A DNA stretch of 62,471 nt, filler included. It is 7 parts of 7 records of this genome, joined end to end, with 100 filler letters (N's around TTAATTAATTAA, not from the genome) between each part and the next. Parts side by side here need not be neighbours in the genome. Positions count along the whole stretch, not along the records: positions 19,378 to 30,560 come from SRR20825010_2775; 6 more parts are not named here. One strand, written 5' to 3'. Below are positions 21,305 to 30,660 of this stretch, piece by piece. The first letter of the stretch is position 1; each line of letters starts with the position of its first letter. Under the pieces are notes generated by a model, which had not been told where the DNA came from, did no database searches, and was given only the letters and a program-made list of their open reading frames with translations. A program made the translations under genes and the position numbers.

Positions 21305-21661
21305 ATGGCACCCAAATTGCGGCTGCGGCTGACCTTTGACAACGGCCTGATCCTGGGACCCGGCAAGGCCGATCTGTTGCAGGGCATCGCCGAGGAAGGC
21401 TCGATCTCGGCTGCAGGCCGGCGCATGAAGATGAGTTACAAGCGGGCCTGGATGCTGGTGGAGGATATGAATGCCGCGTTCGTTGCGCCGCTGGTCGAGA
21501 GCAGCCGCGGCGGACAGAAGGGCGGCGGGGCAAGGCTGACCGATGCGGGAGAGACGGTGCTGGCCGAGTTCCGCAGCCTTGAGGCCATGGTCCTCGAGCG
21601 CGGCGCTCCGCAGATTGCCACCTTGAGCGCGATGCTCAGCGATATTCCTGATCAGAAATAA
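21305..21661 (+). CDS. modE: ModE-type wHTH regulator without molbindin domains
   Basis: LGPGKADLL...GSISAAGRRMKMSYKRAWMLV...GGQKGGGARLT. Confidence 0.88.
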   Translation: MAPKLRLRLTFDNGLILGPGKADLLQGIAEEGSISAAGRRMKMSYKRAWMLVEDMNAAFVAPLVESSRGGQKGGGARLTDAGETVLAEFRSLEAMVLERGAPQIATLSAMLSDIPDQK

Positions 21662-21686
21662 CGGTTGCAAAGTGTATGTGATCCGG

Positions 21687-21710
21687 TGATATGTTTCACC
21701 GAATATAACG
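21687..21710. promoter_or_regulatory. ModE (Mo) box upstream of modA
   Basis: TGATATGT-N8-ATATAACG resembles CGNTATAT-N8-ATATANCG. Confidence 0.6.
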
Positions 21711-21729
21711 CTGACCGGAGACCGGCCCG

Positions 21730-22512
21730 ATGTTTGCCATGCCCCGCCGCCTTGTGCTTGCCTCAGCTCTTTCGCTCACCACCGCACTTGCTTTTCCCGC
21801 CGCGGCAAGGGCCGGGGACATCACCATCTTTGCCGCGGCCAGCATGAAGACCGCGCTCGACGAGATCGTGACCAGCTGGAACGCGGAGACCGGCAACACT
21901 GCCGTCGTCTCCTATGCCGGCAGTTCGGCGCTGGCCAGACAGATCCAGAACGGCGCACCCGCCGATCTGTTCATCTCGGCGGCCGTGAACTGGATGGATA
22001 CGCTGCAGAAGGATGGCCTGATCAAGCCGGAGACGCGGGTCGATCTGCTGGGCAACAGCATCGTGCTGGTGGCCCATGGCGCGAATGCGGCTCCGGTCGA
22101 GATCGCGCCGGGTTTCGACCTGGCGGGCATGCTGGGCGAAAACCGGCTGGCGATGGCGCTGGTGGATTCGGTGCCTGCGGGCGTCTACGGCAAGGCGGCG
22201 CTGACCAGCCTCGGGGTCTGGGACGCGGTCGAGCCAAAGGTGGCGCAGGCCGACAATGTGCGTGCGGCGCTGGCGCTTGTGGCGACCGGCGAAGCGCCCC
22301 TGGGCATTGTCTATGCCACCGACGCGGTGGCCGAGCCGGGCGTGAGCGTTGTCGGTACCTTTCCCGCCGGCAGCCATCCCGCCATCATCTACCCCGCCGC
22401 CCTGACCGCTGAAACCGGCAAGCCGGAAGCGGAGGCTTTCCTGATCTATCTCTCCGGTGCTAAGGCTCAGGCGGCCTTTGAAGGCCAGGGATTTCAAGTC
22501 TTGAAGAAGTAA
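21730..22512 (+). CDS. modA: Molybdate ABC substrate-binding protein
   Basis: FAAASMK, AGSSALARQI, DLFISA, VPAGVYG, DNVRAAL, VYATDA. Confidence 0.95.
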   Translation: MFAMPRRLVLASALSLTTALAFPAAARAGDITIFAAASMKTALDEIVTSWNAETGNTAVVSYAGSSALARQIQNGAPADLFISAAVNWMDTLQKDGLIKPETRVDLLGNSIVLVAHGANAAPVEIAPGFDLAGMLGENRLAMALVDSVPAGVYGKAALTSLGVWDAVEPKVAQADNVRAALALVATGEAPLGIVYATDAVAEPGVSVVGTFPAGSHPAIIYPAALTAETGKPEAEAFLIYLSGAKAQAAFEGQGFQVLKK

Positions 22513-22516
22513 CCGG

Positions 22517-23239
22517 ATGCTGGATGGATTGCCGGAAAGCCTGACTTCCGCCCTTACGCCGGACGAATGGCGCGCAGTGGCCCTGTCGCTCAAAGTTTCG
22601 TTCTGGGCGACGCTGGTCAGCCTGCCGTTCGGCGTGGCGGTGGCCTATGTGCTGGCGCGCCACGAGTTCTGGGGCAAGCAGGCGCTGAACGGCCTGGTGC
22701 ATCTGCCGTTGATCCTGCCTCCGGTGGTGACCGGCTACATCCTGCTGCTGAGCTTCGGGCGCAAGGGTTTCGTGGGCGCACTGCTCGATCAGTATCTGGG
22801 GATCGTGCTGGCGTTCCGCTGGACCGGAGCGGCGCTGGCGGCGGCGGTGATGGCGTTTCCGCTGATGGTGCGGGCGATCCGGCTTGCCATCGAGGCGGTC
22901 GATCCGAAGCTGGAGCAGGCCGCATCGACGCTCGGCGCATCGCGGGCCTGGGTGTTTGCTACCGTCACCCTGCCGCTGATCCTGCCCGGCGTGATTGCCG
23001 GGGCGATCCTGGCGTTTGCCAAGGCGATGGGCGAGTTTGGCGCGACCATCACCTTCGTCTCCAATATCCCGGGCCAGACGCAGACGCTGCCGTCGGCGAT
23101 TTACAGTTTCCTGCAGGTTCCGGGCGGCGATGCCCAGGCGGCGCGGCTGGTGCTGATCGCGGTCGCCATTGCGCTGCTGGCGCTGATATTGTCTGAGTGG
23201 GTCGGGCGGGCCGTCGCGCGCAGGATTGCCGGATCATGA
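22517..23239 (+). CDS. modB: Molybdate ABC permease
   Basis: LPLILPPVVTGY, GEFGATITF. Confidence 0.95.
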   Translation: MLDGLPESLTSALTPDEWRAVALSLKVSFWATLVSLPFGVAVAYVLARHEFWGKQALNGLVHLPLILPPVVTGYILLLSFGRKGFVGALLDQYLGIVLAFRWTGAALAAAVMAFPLMVRAIRLAIEAVDPKLEQAASTLGASRAWVFATVTLPLILPGVIAGAILAFAKAMGEFGATITFVSNIPGQTQTLPSAIYSFLQVPGGDAQAARLVLIAVAIALLALILSEWVGRAVARRIAGS

Positions 23240-24324
23240 GCCTCTCGGTCCGTTTCGCCCATCGCTTCGGCGATTTTTCTCTCGACGTGGCCTTCGAGGC
23301 GCCGGCGGGCGTCACAGCCCTGTTCGGCCGTTCGGGGTCGGGCAAGACCTCGGTGATCAACGCCGTGGCAGGGCTGATCAGGCCGGATGCGGGCCGCATT
23401 CAGCTTGGCGAGACCGTGCTGTTTGACGCAGAGCGCCGGATCTCGGTACCGGTGCATCAGCGCCGGCTGGGCTACGTGTTTCAGGAAGGGCGGCTGTTCC
23501 CGCACTTGAGTGTGCGGCAGAACCTCACTTACGGCCGCTGGTTCGCGCCGCGCGGCCCCGGAGAGAGCTTCGATCACGTGGTCGGCATGCTCGGCATCGA
23601 CGGACTGCTTGAGCGCAAGCCCGGCGGATTGTCCGGCGGCGAGAAGCAGCGTGTGGCGATCGGCCGGGCGCTCCTGGCAAATCCTCGGCTGCTGCTGATG
23701 GACGAACCGCTCGCAGCCCTTGATGAAGAGCGCAAGGCGGAAATCCTGCCCTATCTCGAGCGACTCAGGGGCGAGACGGACATTCCAATTCTCTACGTCA
23801 GCCATTCGATGGCTGAAGTGGCGCGGCTGGCGACGACACTGGTGCTGATGGACAAGGGACGGGTGGTCCGCTCCGGTCCGGCCCAAGACGTGCTGTCGGA
23901 TCCCGAAAATGTTCCGGCGCTGGGAATTCGCGCCGCGGGGGCATCGCTGCAGGCAATAGTGGCCGCTCAGGAAGAGGACGGGCTGACACGGCTTGAAGTA
24001 TCGGCAGGCCCGCTGTTTCTGCCGCATGTCGACGCGCCGGTTGGGTCGCGCCTGTCGATCCGCATCCTGGCGCAGGACGTGATCCTGTCGCGCACCCGGC
24101 CCGAGGGCCTGTCTGCACTCAACATATTGCCGGCGACGGTGACCGCGGTGCGGCTCGGCGAGGGGCCGGGGGCGGTCATTCAGCTCAGGGCCGGCGACGA
24201 CCTGCTGCTGGCGCGGATCACCCGGCGTTCCGCGCTGGCGCTTGAGCTTGCGCCGGGGGCAGATTGTTTCGCCATCTTGAAATCGGTGGCGGTTGCCCAG
24301 TCGGAGGTCGGCGGAGCCGGCTAG
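23236..24324 (+). CDS. modC: Molybdate ABC ATPase with TOBE domain
   Basis: GRSGSGKT, LSGGEKQRV, LMDEP, SALNIL. Confidence 0.95.
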   Translation: MSLSVRFAHRFGDFSLDVAFEAPAGVTALFGRSGSGKTSVINAVAGLIRPDAGRIQLGETVLFDAERRISVPVHQRRLGYVFQEGRLFPHLSVRQNLTYGRWFAPRGPGESFDHVVGMLGIDGLLERKPGGLSGGEKQRVAIGRALLANPRLLLMDEPLAALDEERKAEILPYLERLRGETDIPILYVSHSMAEVARLATTLVLMDKGRVVRSGPAQDVLSDPENVPALGIRAAGASLQAIVAAQEEDGLTRLEVSAGPLFLPHVDAPVGSRLSIRILAQDVILSRTRPEGLSALNILPATVTAVRLGEGPGAVIQLRAGDDLLLARITRRSALALELAPGADCFAILKSVAVAQSEVGGAG

Positions 24325-24424
24325 AGCATCCTGCGTTCAGGCGGAATCGTCTGAACGCAGGATGCTCTAGATTCAAAGTGTTGGAGCGTTCTTTGTGCGT
24401 CCAAAGGGACGCACGGCGCTCCAA
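24321..24424. repeat. Rhizobial intergenic mosaic (RIME-like) palindromic element
   Basis: 20-bp perfect inverted repeat CTAGAGCATCCTGCGTTCAG (24321-24370) plus second hairpin TTGGAGCG..GTGCGTCC/GGACGCAC..CGCTCCAA, between convergent modC and btaB. Confidence 0.7.
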
Positions 24425-24428
24425 TGGG

Positions 24429-25088
24429 TCAGTCGCGCGGCAGCCTGATGACACCGATCCGGGCATAATCCCGATACAGTGTCGAAAATCTCAGCTCACC
24501 GTGATGCTCCTGCGCGATGGCAGCCATGGCGTCGCCCAGGGTTGCCCGCGGCGTAACATGAAACCGGGCGAGCCAGGCCTTCAGGCCCTTGCCGAACCAG
24601 CCGGGCAGGGCGGTCTGCTGGCCGAAATCGACGACATGCAGCTCGCCGCCCGGCGCCACGGCCCCGACGGCCTGGTGAAGCGCTGCTTCCCAGCCGGGGA
24701 TCATCGACAGGCTGTAGGAGAAGAACACCCGGTCAAATCGCGCCACTCCGAACAGGTCACCCGCATCGAACCGGGTGGCGTCGCCCTGGGCCAGTCTGAC
24801 GCGGTTGCCGATCCGGTTCTTCAATATGGTGGCTTCGGCGGACTTGAGCATTTCCGACGAGATGTCGATGCCGAAGAGCTGCGCATCGGGGTAGTGCCGG
24901 GCCGCCAGCAGCAGATTGCGCGCGGTGCCGCAGCCGATCTCCAGCACCGTGCCGCCGGCCGGCGGTTTCAACGCTGCGATCAGGTCGTTGCGCCCGAGCA
25001 GATAGTAGCGGCGGGTCAGATCGTAGATATGGCGCTGGTGGCGATAGATGCCGTCCATCACCGAGGCATTGGCGGACGCGGTGGTCAT
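24429..25088 (-). CDS. btaB: SAM-dependent methyltransferase BtaB (DGTS betaine lipid synthesis)
   Basis: MDGIYRHQRHIYDLTRRYYLLGR, LEIGCGTARN, SYSLSMIP; coupled to btaA. Confidence 0.9.
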   Translation of the reverse strand: MTTASANASVMDGIYRHQRHIYDLTRRYYLLGRNDLIAALKPPAGGTVLEIGCGTARNLLLAARHYPDAQLFGIDISSEMLKSAEATILKNRIGNRVRLAQGDATRFDAGDLFGVARFDRVFFSYSLSMIPGWEAALHQAVGAVAPGGELHVVDFGQQTALPGWFGKGLKAWLARFHVTPRATLGDAMAAIAQEHHGELRFSTLYRDYARIGVIRLPRD

Positions 25089-26329
25089 GGCCGGGCGCCG
25101 CGCTTCACATGCAGATGGAAGCCGCCATAGATGGCTGAGCGGTCGCGGGCGCCCATCTCCCGGCTTTCGTCGATGCGGTAGTCCCACTTGTCGAGAATGC
25201 CGTCCGGCACCCGGCCGGGCAGCGGAGAGGCCGCGGCGGCGGTGCGGTAGATGACGCGCGCGCCGGGGGCTGCGGTGCGGGTGATCTCGGCCCAGAGTTC
25301 GGAGAGCTGAGCGTCGGTCATCCAGTCTTGGGCGTCGAGCAGCACGAAGGCGTCGACCGAGGCTGCGGGCCTTGCTGCGAGCAGGGCCGTGATGCTTTCG
25401 TTGACGATGCTCACGCGGCCGGCATTGCGGCGTACGGTTTCGAAATGGCGGGCTTCGAGATAGGGCGGCAGGCTGGCGCTCTCGCCGGGCTGGTAGCCGC
25501 GGCCGAAAGCCTGCCAGGCGAAGTAATTGTCCTTGAGCGGAAAGCCGCAGGCGAGCCGCTCGGTGCGGATCCGCAGGGCGCCGGTCATGCCGTCGGCAGA
25601 GTCGCCCGCGAGAGCTTCATACTGGGCCGGCGGGATGCCCAGGCCGAACAAGGAGGCGCGCAGCGATGTTAGGGTCTTGAAGCTGCGGCTGTCGAATACC
25701 GGGGCGATGCGGGTGTTGAAGAACTCGCGCTGCTTTTCGACGCTGTCCATGCGCAGAAGTTCGCGCGGGTCGACGCCGTAGAGCTTGCCCAGGACATGGG
25801 CTGCGGAGATGAAGCGGCCGAGCAGGCCGGTGGTGTAGAAGCCGCGGGTGAAGCGGCTGATCCGGCGGCGGCCGTTGATTTCCCGGCCGTCCCAGTACTT
25901 GCGTGTTGTCTCGTCGAGATGCGGGCGGATGTGGCGGTCGTAAAGCGCCAGATTGGTCTTCAGGTTGGCGTGACGGAACATGTTGGAGAACGCCGTGTGG
26001 CCCGGCAGATGAGTGGCGGCGGCGAGCTTGAGCTTGCCGAGCGCAACATGGGCGGGCGACAGGTCGACGGCGATGATCTCGGCCGGGCTGGCTGTCAGGT
26101 AGGACATGACGTTGCAGGACCCCGACGCGATGGTAACCAGCCTGTCGGTGGGCTGAAGCGCCAGCGCCTCCATGTCGATCAGCGGGTCTTCCCAGATCTG
26201 CGGATAGACCAGTCCGCGGAAGGCGGCGGAGAACACCCGCTCGAGGATGCCGGTGGCGGTGAGTGCCGTGTTGCGGACGACCGCGCCGTCGATGCGGGCG
26301 CCGACTGCGGTGGATTCGATCATGGTCAT
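25085..26329 (-). CDS. btaA: BtaA SAM:diacylglycerol aminocarboxypropyl transferase (DUF3419)
   Basis: LVYPQIWEDP, IASGSCN, NYFAWQAFGR, LLDAQDWM, DRSAIYGGF. Confidence 0.92.
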   Translation of the reverse strand: MTMIESTAVGARIDGAVVRNTALTATGILERVFSAAFRGLVYPQIWEDPLIDMEALALQPTDRLVTIASGSCNVMSYLTASPAEIIAVDLSPAHVALGKLKLAAATHLPGHTAFSNMFRHANLKTNLALYDRHIRPHLDETTRKYWDGREINGRRRISRFTRGFYTTGLLGRFISAAHVLGKLYGVDPRELLRMDSVEKQREFFNTRIAPVFDSRSFKTLTSLRASLFGLGIPPAQYEALAGDSADGMTGALRIRTERLACGFPLKDNYFAWQAFGRGYQPGESASLPPYLEARHFETVRRNAGRVSIVNESITALLAARPAASVDAFVLLDAQDWMTDAQLSELWAEITRTAAPGARVIYRTAAAASPLPGRVPDGILDKWDYRIDESREMGARDRSAIYGGFHLHVKRGARP

Positions 26330-26366
26330 TTTCAGGACTCCGGGGGAGAGAAGGTGGCGAAGCCGG

Positions 26367-27182
26367 TCATGCCGCTTCGCCCTGTGCGTCAACGGACGGC
26401 TTGAGCTGTGTGATTTTCGACGGCTGTCCGGCCTTTTCGGAAATGCGGCGGGACCAGTCGATGATCTCCATGCGGCCGTCGGAATGCTCGACCACGGCCG
26501 TGCAGCTTTCCACCCAGTCGCCGGTGTTGATGTAGCGGATGCCGCCCCGCATCTCGTTGGCGGCGTGGTGGATGTGGCCGCAGATGACGCCGTCGGCGCC
26601 GTGCTTGCGGGCTTCGTCGGCCAGCACTTCCTCGAAATCCGAGATGAAATTGACCGCGCTCTTGACCTTCAGCTTGGCCCAGCGGGAGAACGACCAGTAG
26701 CGCAGGCCGAAGAGTCTGCGGGTGCGGTTGTGCCACTTGTTGGTCCACATCGCCAGGCCATAGGCGATGTCACCCAGATGGGCGAGCCAGCGGTGGTTCA
26801 TCACCACCATGTCGAACTCGTCGCCGTGGATGACCAGCAGGCGCTTGCCGTCGGCGGTTTCGAACACGTCGCGCTCAACCACCTCGATGCCGCCGAAATG
26901 AACGCCCTGATATTCGCGCAGCATCTCGTCATGATTGCCGGGAACATAGACGATGCGGGTGCCCTTGCGGGCCTTGCGCAAGAGTTTCTGCACCACGTCA
27001 TTGTGCGACTGCGGCCAGTAGAAGCCCTTGCGCTTCATGCGCCAGCAATCGACGATGTCGCCAACCAGGTAGATTGTCGGAGCATCATGCTGGCGCAGGA
27101 AGTCGATCAGGATGTCCGCCTGGCAGTCGGGCGTGCCCAGATGGATGTCGGAAAGAAAAATGGTCCGGTAAGTCTGGGTCAC
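26367..27182 (-). CDS. plcP: LpxH-like metallophosphoesterase, PlcP-type phospholipase C
   Basis: SDIHLG, GDIVD, PGNHD, HGD, CGHIH, NTGDWVES; in operon with btaAB. Confidence 0.82.
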   Translation of the reverse strand: MTQTYRTIFLSDIHLGTPDCQADILIDFLRQHDAPTIYLVGDIVDCWRMKRKGFYWPQSHNDVVQKLLRKARKGTRIVYVPGNHDEMLREYQGVHFGGIEVVERDVFETADGKRLLVIHGDEFDMVVMNHRWLAHLGDIAYGLAMWTNKWHNRTRRLFGLRYWSFSRWAKLKVKSAVNFISDFEEVLADEARKHGADGVICGHIHHAANEMRGGIRYINTGDWVESCTAVVEHSDGRMEIIDWSRRISEKAGQPSKITQLKPSVDAQGEAA

Positions 27183-27238
27183 GGGCCCCGCCTGAACTTT
27201 GAGCTATCGTTCTGCTGGCAGGCTTAAACACGATTCAC

Positions 27239-27256
27239 TTCTCAGTTTTGTGACGG
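27239..27256 (-). promoter_or_regulatory. Putative Pho box upstream of plcP-btaAB
   Basis: Minus strand CCGTCAC-AAAA-CTGAGAA versus CTGTCAT-N4-CTGTCAT. Confidence 0.45.
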
Positions 27257-27284
27257 TCCTTGTGGCGCTGGTTCGGGTGGCGGG

Positions 27285-28031
27285 TCAGGCCGGAGTTTCG
27301 GCGGCTCGGTTGTCGATGAGCAGCTCCACCCGGTCGGCGGCAAAACGCGACTCGCCGTAAAGCACCGGCCGTCCGTCCGAATCGATATCGATCCCGCGGG
27401 TCAAGAGCACGATGGCGCCGGGCGAGAGGGCGAGCAGATCGAGATCCTCGCTGCTGGCGTGGCGGGCTTCCACGGCCGTGGTCTTGCGGGTGTAATCGTC
27501 GACGCCGAGGCGCGCCAGCGAGACGGTGATCGAGCCGGTCTCGGCATAGAGTTCCGCAATCTGGCTGAAGCGCCCGGCGTCAAACCAGGAGGTTGCCGCC
27601 GAGATCGGAACCGCGTCGGCGGTGGAGAGCGTCGAGAGTTGAATGACCGGCGCTCCGGCGGGCAGGGACAGGGCGGTGGCGACATGGGGCGGGGCGGGCA
27701 TGGTCGCGCTCGAGAGCAGCTTGCCGGACCGGGTCTGGGCCTGATCTTCAAGTCCTGAGGAAAAGCGGGTGCGGCGGCCGATCGGGTAACGCAGGCGCTT
27801 GCGGTCGTTGAGAAAGGTGCCGCGGCCCTGTTCGGCGCGCAGGATGCCTTCCTTCTCGAGCGCCGCGATGGCCGAGCGGACCGTGTGCCGGTTGACCCCG
27901 AAGCGGATCGCCAGTTCCGCCTCCGCCGGCAGCCGCTCATTGGCCGCCAGCCCGGGGAGAACGGTCTGGCGGATCTCGTCGGCGACCTGACGCCACAGCG
28001 CGATTCCGGTCCGTCTTTGCAGTGTCTTCAC
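27285..28031 (-). CDS. phnF: GntR/HutC-family phosphonate regulator PhnF
   Basis: LPAEAELAIRFGVNRHTVRSAI...GRGTF; YPIGRRTRFS; UTRA domain; GTG 28031 follows GAAAGGA (ORF extends to 28055). Confidence 0.9.
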   Translation of the reverse strand: MKTLQRRTGIALWRQVADEIRQTVLPGLAANERLPAEAELAIRFGVNRHTVRSAIAALEKEGILRAEQGRGTFLNDRKRLRYPIGRRTRFSSGLEDQAQTRSGKLLSSATMPAPPHVATALSLPAGAPVIQLSTLSTADAVPISAATSWFDAGRFSQIAELYAETGSITVSLARLGVDDYTRKTTAVEARHASSEDLDLLALSPGAIVLLTRGIDIDSDGRPVLYGESRFAADRVELLIDNRAAETPA

Positions 28032-28048
28032 CCGGGTTTCCTTTCGTG

Positions 28049-28066
28049 CTGTCACAGGCTCGTCAC
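28049..28066 (+). promoter_or_regulatory. Putative Pho box upstream of phnG
   Basis: CTGTCAC-AGGC-TCGTCAC, 11-bp direct repeat. Confidence 0.6.
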
Positions 28067-28099
28067 ATGAGCGGTTTAAGTGTATCGTAATTGATATGG

Positions 28100-28119
28100 T
28101 TGTCTAGATAAATAGACAA
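28100..28119. promoter_or_regulatory. Probable PhnF operator
   Basis: Inverted repeat TTGTCTA-GATAAA-TAGACAA with HutC-like GTCTA/TAGAC cores between divergent phnF and phnG. Confidence 0.65.
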
Positions 28120-28133
28120 ATATGGAGTGACCG

Positions 28134-28640
28134 ATGAGGTTTTCGGAAAATCAGCGGAATGAGGCGCCGGGCGATGCTCCGGCCGCAGATGCCGCAACAG
28201 GTGTTGTTGCCCGGCAAAGGTTGTTGTCGGTGCTGGCCAGGTCGTCCGGCCCGGCTCTCCTGGCGCACTGGAAGAAGACCGGGCTGGACCCGGTGGTCGA
28301 CGTGCTGCGCGGGCCGGAATCGGGTCTGGTGGCGTTGCAGGGGCGCGCCGGCGGCACCGGTCAGCCGTTTCATGTCGGGGAGGTTTCGGCCACCCGCGTC
28401 ACCGTCCGGATCGGGTCGGGGCAGGTGGGCCACGCCATGATCAGCGGCCGCGACACGCGCAAGGCGCAGCTGGTCGCGGTCATCGACGCGCTTGCCCAGG
28501 ATTCCGCCCATGCCGGGCTGGTCGAGCGCGAAATCGTTGCGCCGCTCGAACAGCTGGCCAGGGAAGCCGACGCAAGGATCCGTCAGGAAACCGCGGCCAC
28601 GCGGGTCAATTTTTTCACCATGGTGCGAGGCGAAGACTGA
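28134..28640 (+). CDS. phnG: C-P lyase subunit PhnG
   Basis: RGPESGLV..GRAGGTGQPFHVGEVSATR; ends TRVNFFTMVRGED. Confidence 0.93.
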   Translation: MRFSENQRNEAPGDAPAADAATGVVARQRLLSVLARSSGPALLAHWKKTGLDPVVDVLRGPESGLVALQGRAGGTGQPFHVGEVSATRVTVRIGSGQVGHAMISGRDTRKAQLVAVIDALAQDSAHAGLVEREIVAPLEQLAREADARIRQETAATRVNFFTMVRGED

Positions 28641-29260
28641 TGACTGCCATCCCGCAAGCAACCACTGTCTACGAAGGCGGTTTTGCCGATCCCGTGGGCG
28701 CCTCGCAAACGGTGTTCCGGGCGCTGATGGACGCCATGGCGCGGCCCGGCACCGTTCATGTCCTGCCGGATGTGACCGCGCCGCCGGCGCCATTGTCCGC
28801 CTCGGCTTCGGCGCTGATCGCAACGCTTGCCGATGCCGACACGCCGGTCTGGCTCGATGCGGGGCTGACAAAGACCTCAGCCGTGAGGGACTGGATCGTG
28901 TTTCACACCGGCGCGCCGGTGGTGAGCAATCCGTCCGATGCCGCCTTTGCGCTGGTCGCCGCGCCGCAGAGCCTATCGGCTCTCAACGGCTTCGCGCTCG
29001 GCACCCAGGAGTTTCCTGACCGCTCGACGACGATCATCCTGCAGGTTTCGACGCTTTCGGACGGGGCTCAACTGACGCTGGAAGGCCCGGGCATAAAGGA
29101 TCAGGCCCAGCTGGCGCCGGATCCGCTGCCGCAGCATTTCGAAACCCAGTGGCGAGCCAACCGGGCGGCGTTTCCGCGCGGCGTCGACCTGATCCTGGCC
29201 GCTCCGGGATGCGTTGCGGCATTGCCGCGCAGCACCCGTCTTGTCCGTGAGGGAGCGTAA
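28640..29260 (+). CDS. phnH: C-P lyase subunit PhnH
   Basis: FRALMDAMARPG, DADTPVWL, FHTGA, PDRSTT, FPRGVD. Confidence 0.93.
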   Translation: MTAIPQATTVYEGGFADPVGASQTVFRALMDAMARPGTVHVLPDVTAPPAPLSASASALIATLADADTPVWLDAGLTKTSAVRDWIVFHTGAPVVSNPSDAAFALVAAPQSLSALNGFALGTQEFPDRSTTIILQVSTLSDGAQLTLEGPGIKDQAQLAPDPLPQHFETQWRANRAAFPRGVDLILAAPGCVAALPRSTRLVREGA

Positions 29261-29263
29261 ACG

Positions 29264-30391
29264 ATGTATGTTGCTGTCAAGGGCGGCGAAGCCGCTATCG
29301 CCAATGCCCACCGTCTGCTCGCCGCGCGCCGCCGGGGTGACGCGGATGTGCCGGGGCTGACGCTTGAGCAGATCGCCGGACAATTGTCGCTTGCCGTCGA
29401 CCGGGTGATGGGCGAGGGCTCGCTCTACGATCCGGAACTGGCGGCACTTGCGATCAAGCAGGCGCGCGGCGACCTGATCGAGGCTGTGTTCCTGCTTAGG
29501 GCCTACCGCACCACCCTGCCGCGGTTCGGCCATTCCGTGCCGATGAACACCGGCGAGATGCTGGTGGAGCGGCGGATCTCGGCGATCTACAAGGATCTGC
29601 CCGGCGGCCAGCTGCTGGGGCCGACCTTCGATTACACCCACCGGCTGCTCGATCCTGTGCTTGCCGGCGACGCGCCTGTGGACGCGCCCGAAACCGGTCA
29701 GGACAGCAACGAACGGGTGATGCGTGTTTCCGACATCCTGGGTGACGAGGGGCTGATCGAGGACGATCCGATGACGGATGCCTCCAGCCCGGTCGCCGAC
29801 ATCACGCGGACGCCGACGGAATATCCGATGGGCCGGGACGCGCGGCTGCAGACGCTGGCGCGCGGCGACGAGGGATTTCTGCTCGCACTCGCCTATTCGA
29901 CCCAGCGCGGTTATGCGCGCACCCACCCGTTTGTCGGGGAAATCCGCATCGGCGAGGTCGATGTCGAGGTGATGATCCCCGAACTCGGATTCACGGTGGT
30001 GATCGGACGGGTCAAGCTCACCGAGTGCCAGATGGTCAACCAGTTTCAGGGATCGGCCAAGGTGCCGCCGCAGTTCACGCGCGGCTACGGCCTGGTGTTC
30101 GGCCAGGCCGAGCGCAAGGCGATGGCGATGTCGCTGTGCGACCGGGCATTGCGCGCGTCCGAACTGGGCGAGGACATCGTCGCACCAGCCCAGGACGAGG
30201 AATTCGTGCTGTCGCATTGCGACAATGTGCAGGCGACGGGCTTTGTCGAGCATCTCAAGCTGCCGCATTACGTCGACTTCCAGGCCGAGCTCGACCTGGT
30301 GCGGCGCATGCGGGCCGAGCATTTCGCCAATGCGGCGAAGGCCGATGACGAGACATCCGCGACTGACCACGCAAAGGAGGCCGCGGAATGA
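29264..30391 (+). CDS. phnI: C-P lyase subunit PhnI
   Basis: MYVAVKGGE, GGQLLGPTFDYTHRL, GFVEHLKLPHYVDFQ. Confidence 0.96.
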   Translation: MYVAVKGGEAAIANAHRLLAARRRGDADVPGLTLEQIAGQLSLAVDRVMGEGSLYDPELAALAIKQARGDLIEAVFLLRAYRTTLPRFGHSVPMNTGEMLVERRISAIYKDLPGGQLLGPTFDYTHRLLDPVLAGDAPVDAPETGQDSNERVMRVSDILGDEGLIEDDPMTDASSPVADITRTPTEYPMGRDARLQTLARGDEGFLLALAYSTQRGYARTHPFVGEIRIGEVDVEVMIPELGFTVVIGRVKLTECQMVNQFQGSAKVPPQFTRGYGLVFGQAERKAMAMSLCDRALRASELGEDIVAPAQDEEFVLSHCDNVQATGFVEHLKLPHYVDFQAELDLVRRMRAEHFANAAKADDETSATDHAKEAAE

Positions 30392-30560
30392 ACGCGCTGG
30401 CAAAAGACGATGCTTCCCAGAACCTGGCGACCTACAATTTCGCCTATCTTGACGAGCAGACCAAGCGGATGATCCGCCGGGCGATCCTCAAGGGCATCGC
30501 GGTGCCCGGTTACCAGGTTCCGTTCGCTTCCCGGGAAATGCCGATGCCCTATGGCTGGGG
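30388..30560 (+). CDS. phnJ: C-P lyase PhnJ, 5' fragment
   Basis: YNFAYLDEQTKRMIRRAILK...PGYQVPFASREMPMPYGW. Confidence 0.95.
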
Positions 30561-30660
30561 NNNNNNNNNNNNNNNNNNNNNNNNNNNNNNNNNNNNNNNN
30601 NNNNTTAATTAATTAANNNNNNNNNNNNNNNNNNNNNNNNNNNNNNNNNNNNNNNNNNNN
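30561..30660. other. Artificial contig linker
   Basis: N-run/TTAATTAATTAA/N-run. Confidence 0.98.
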
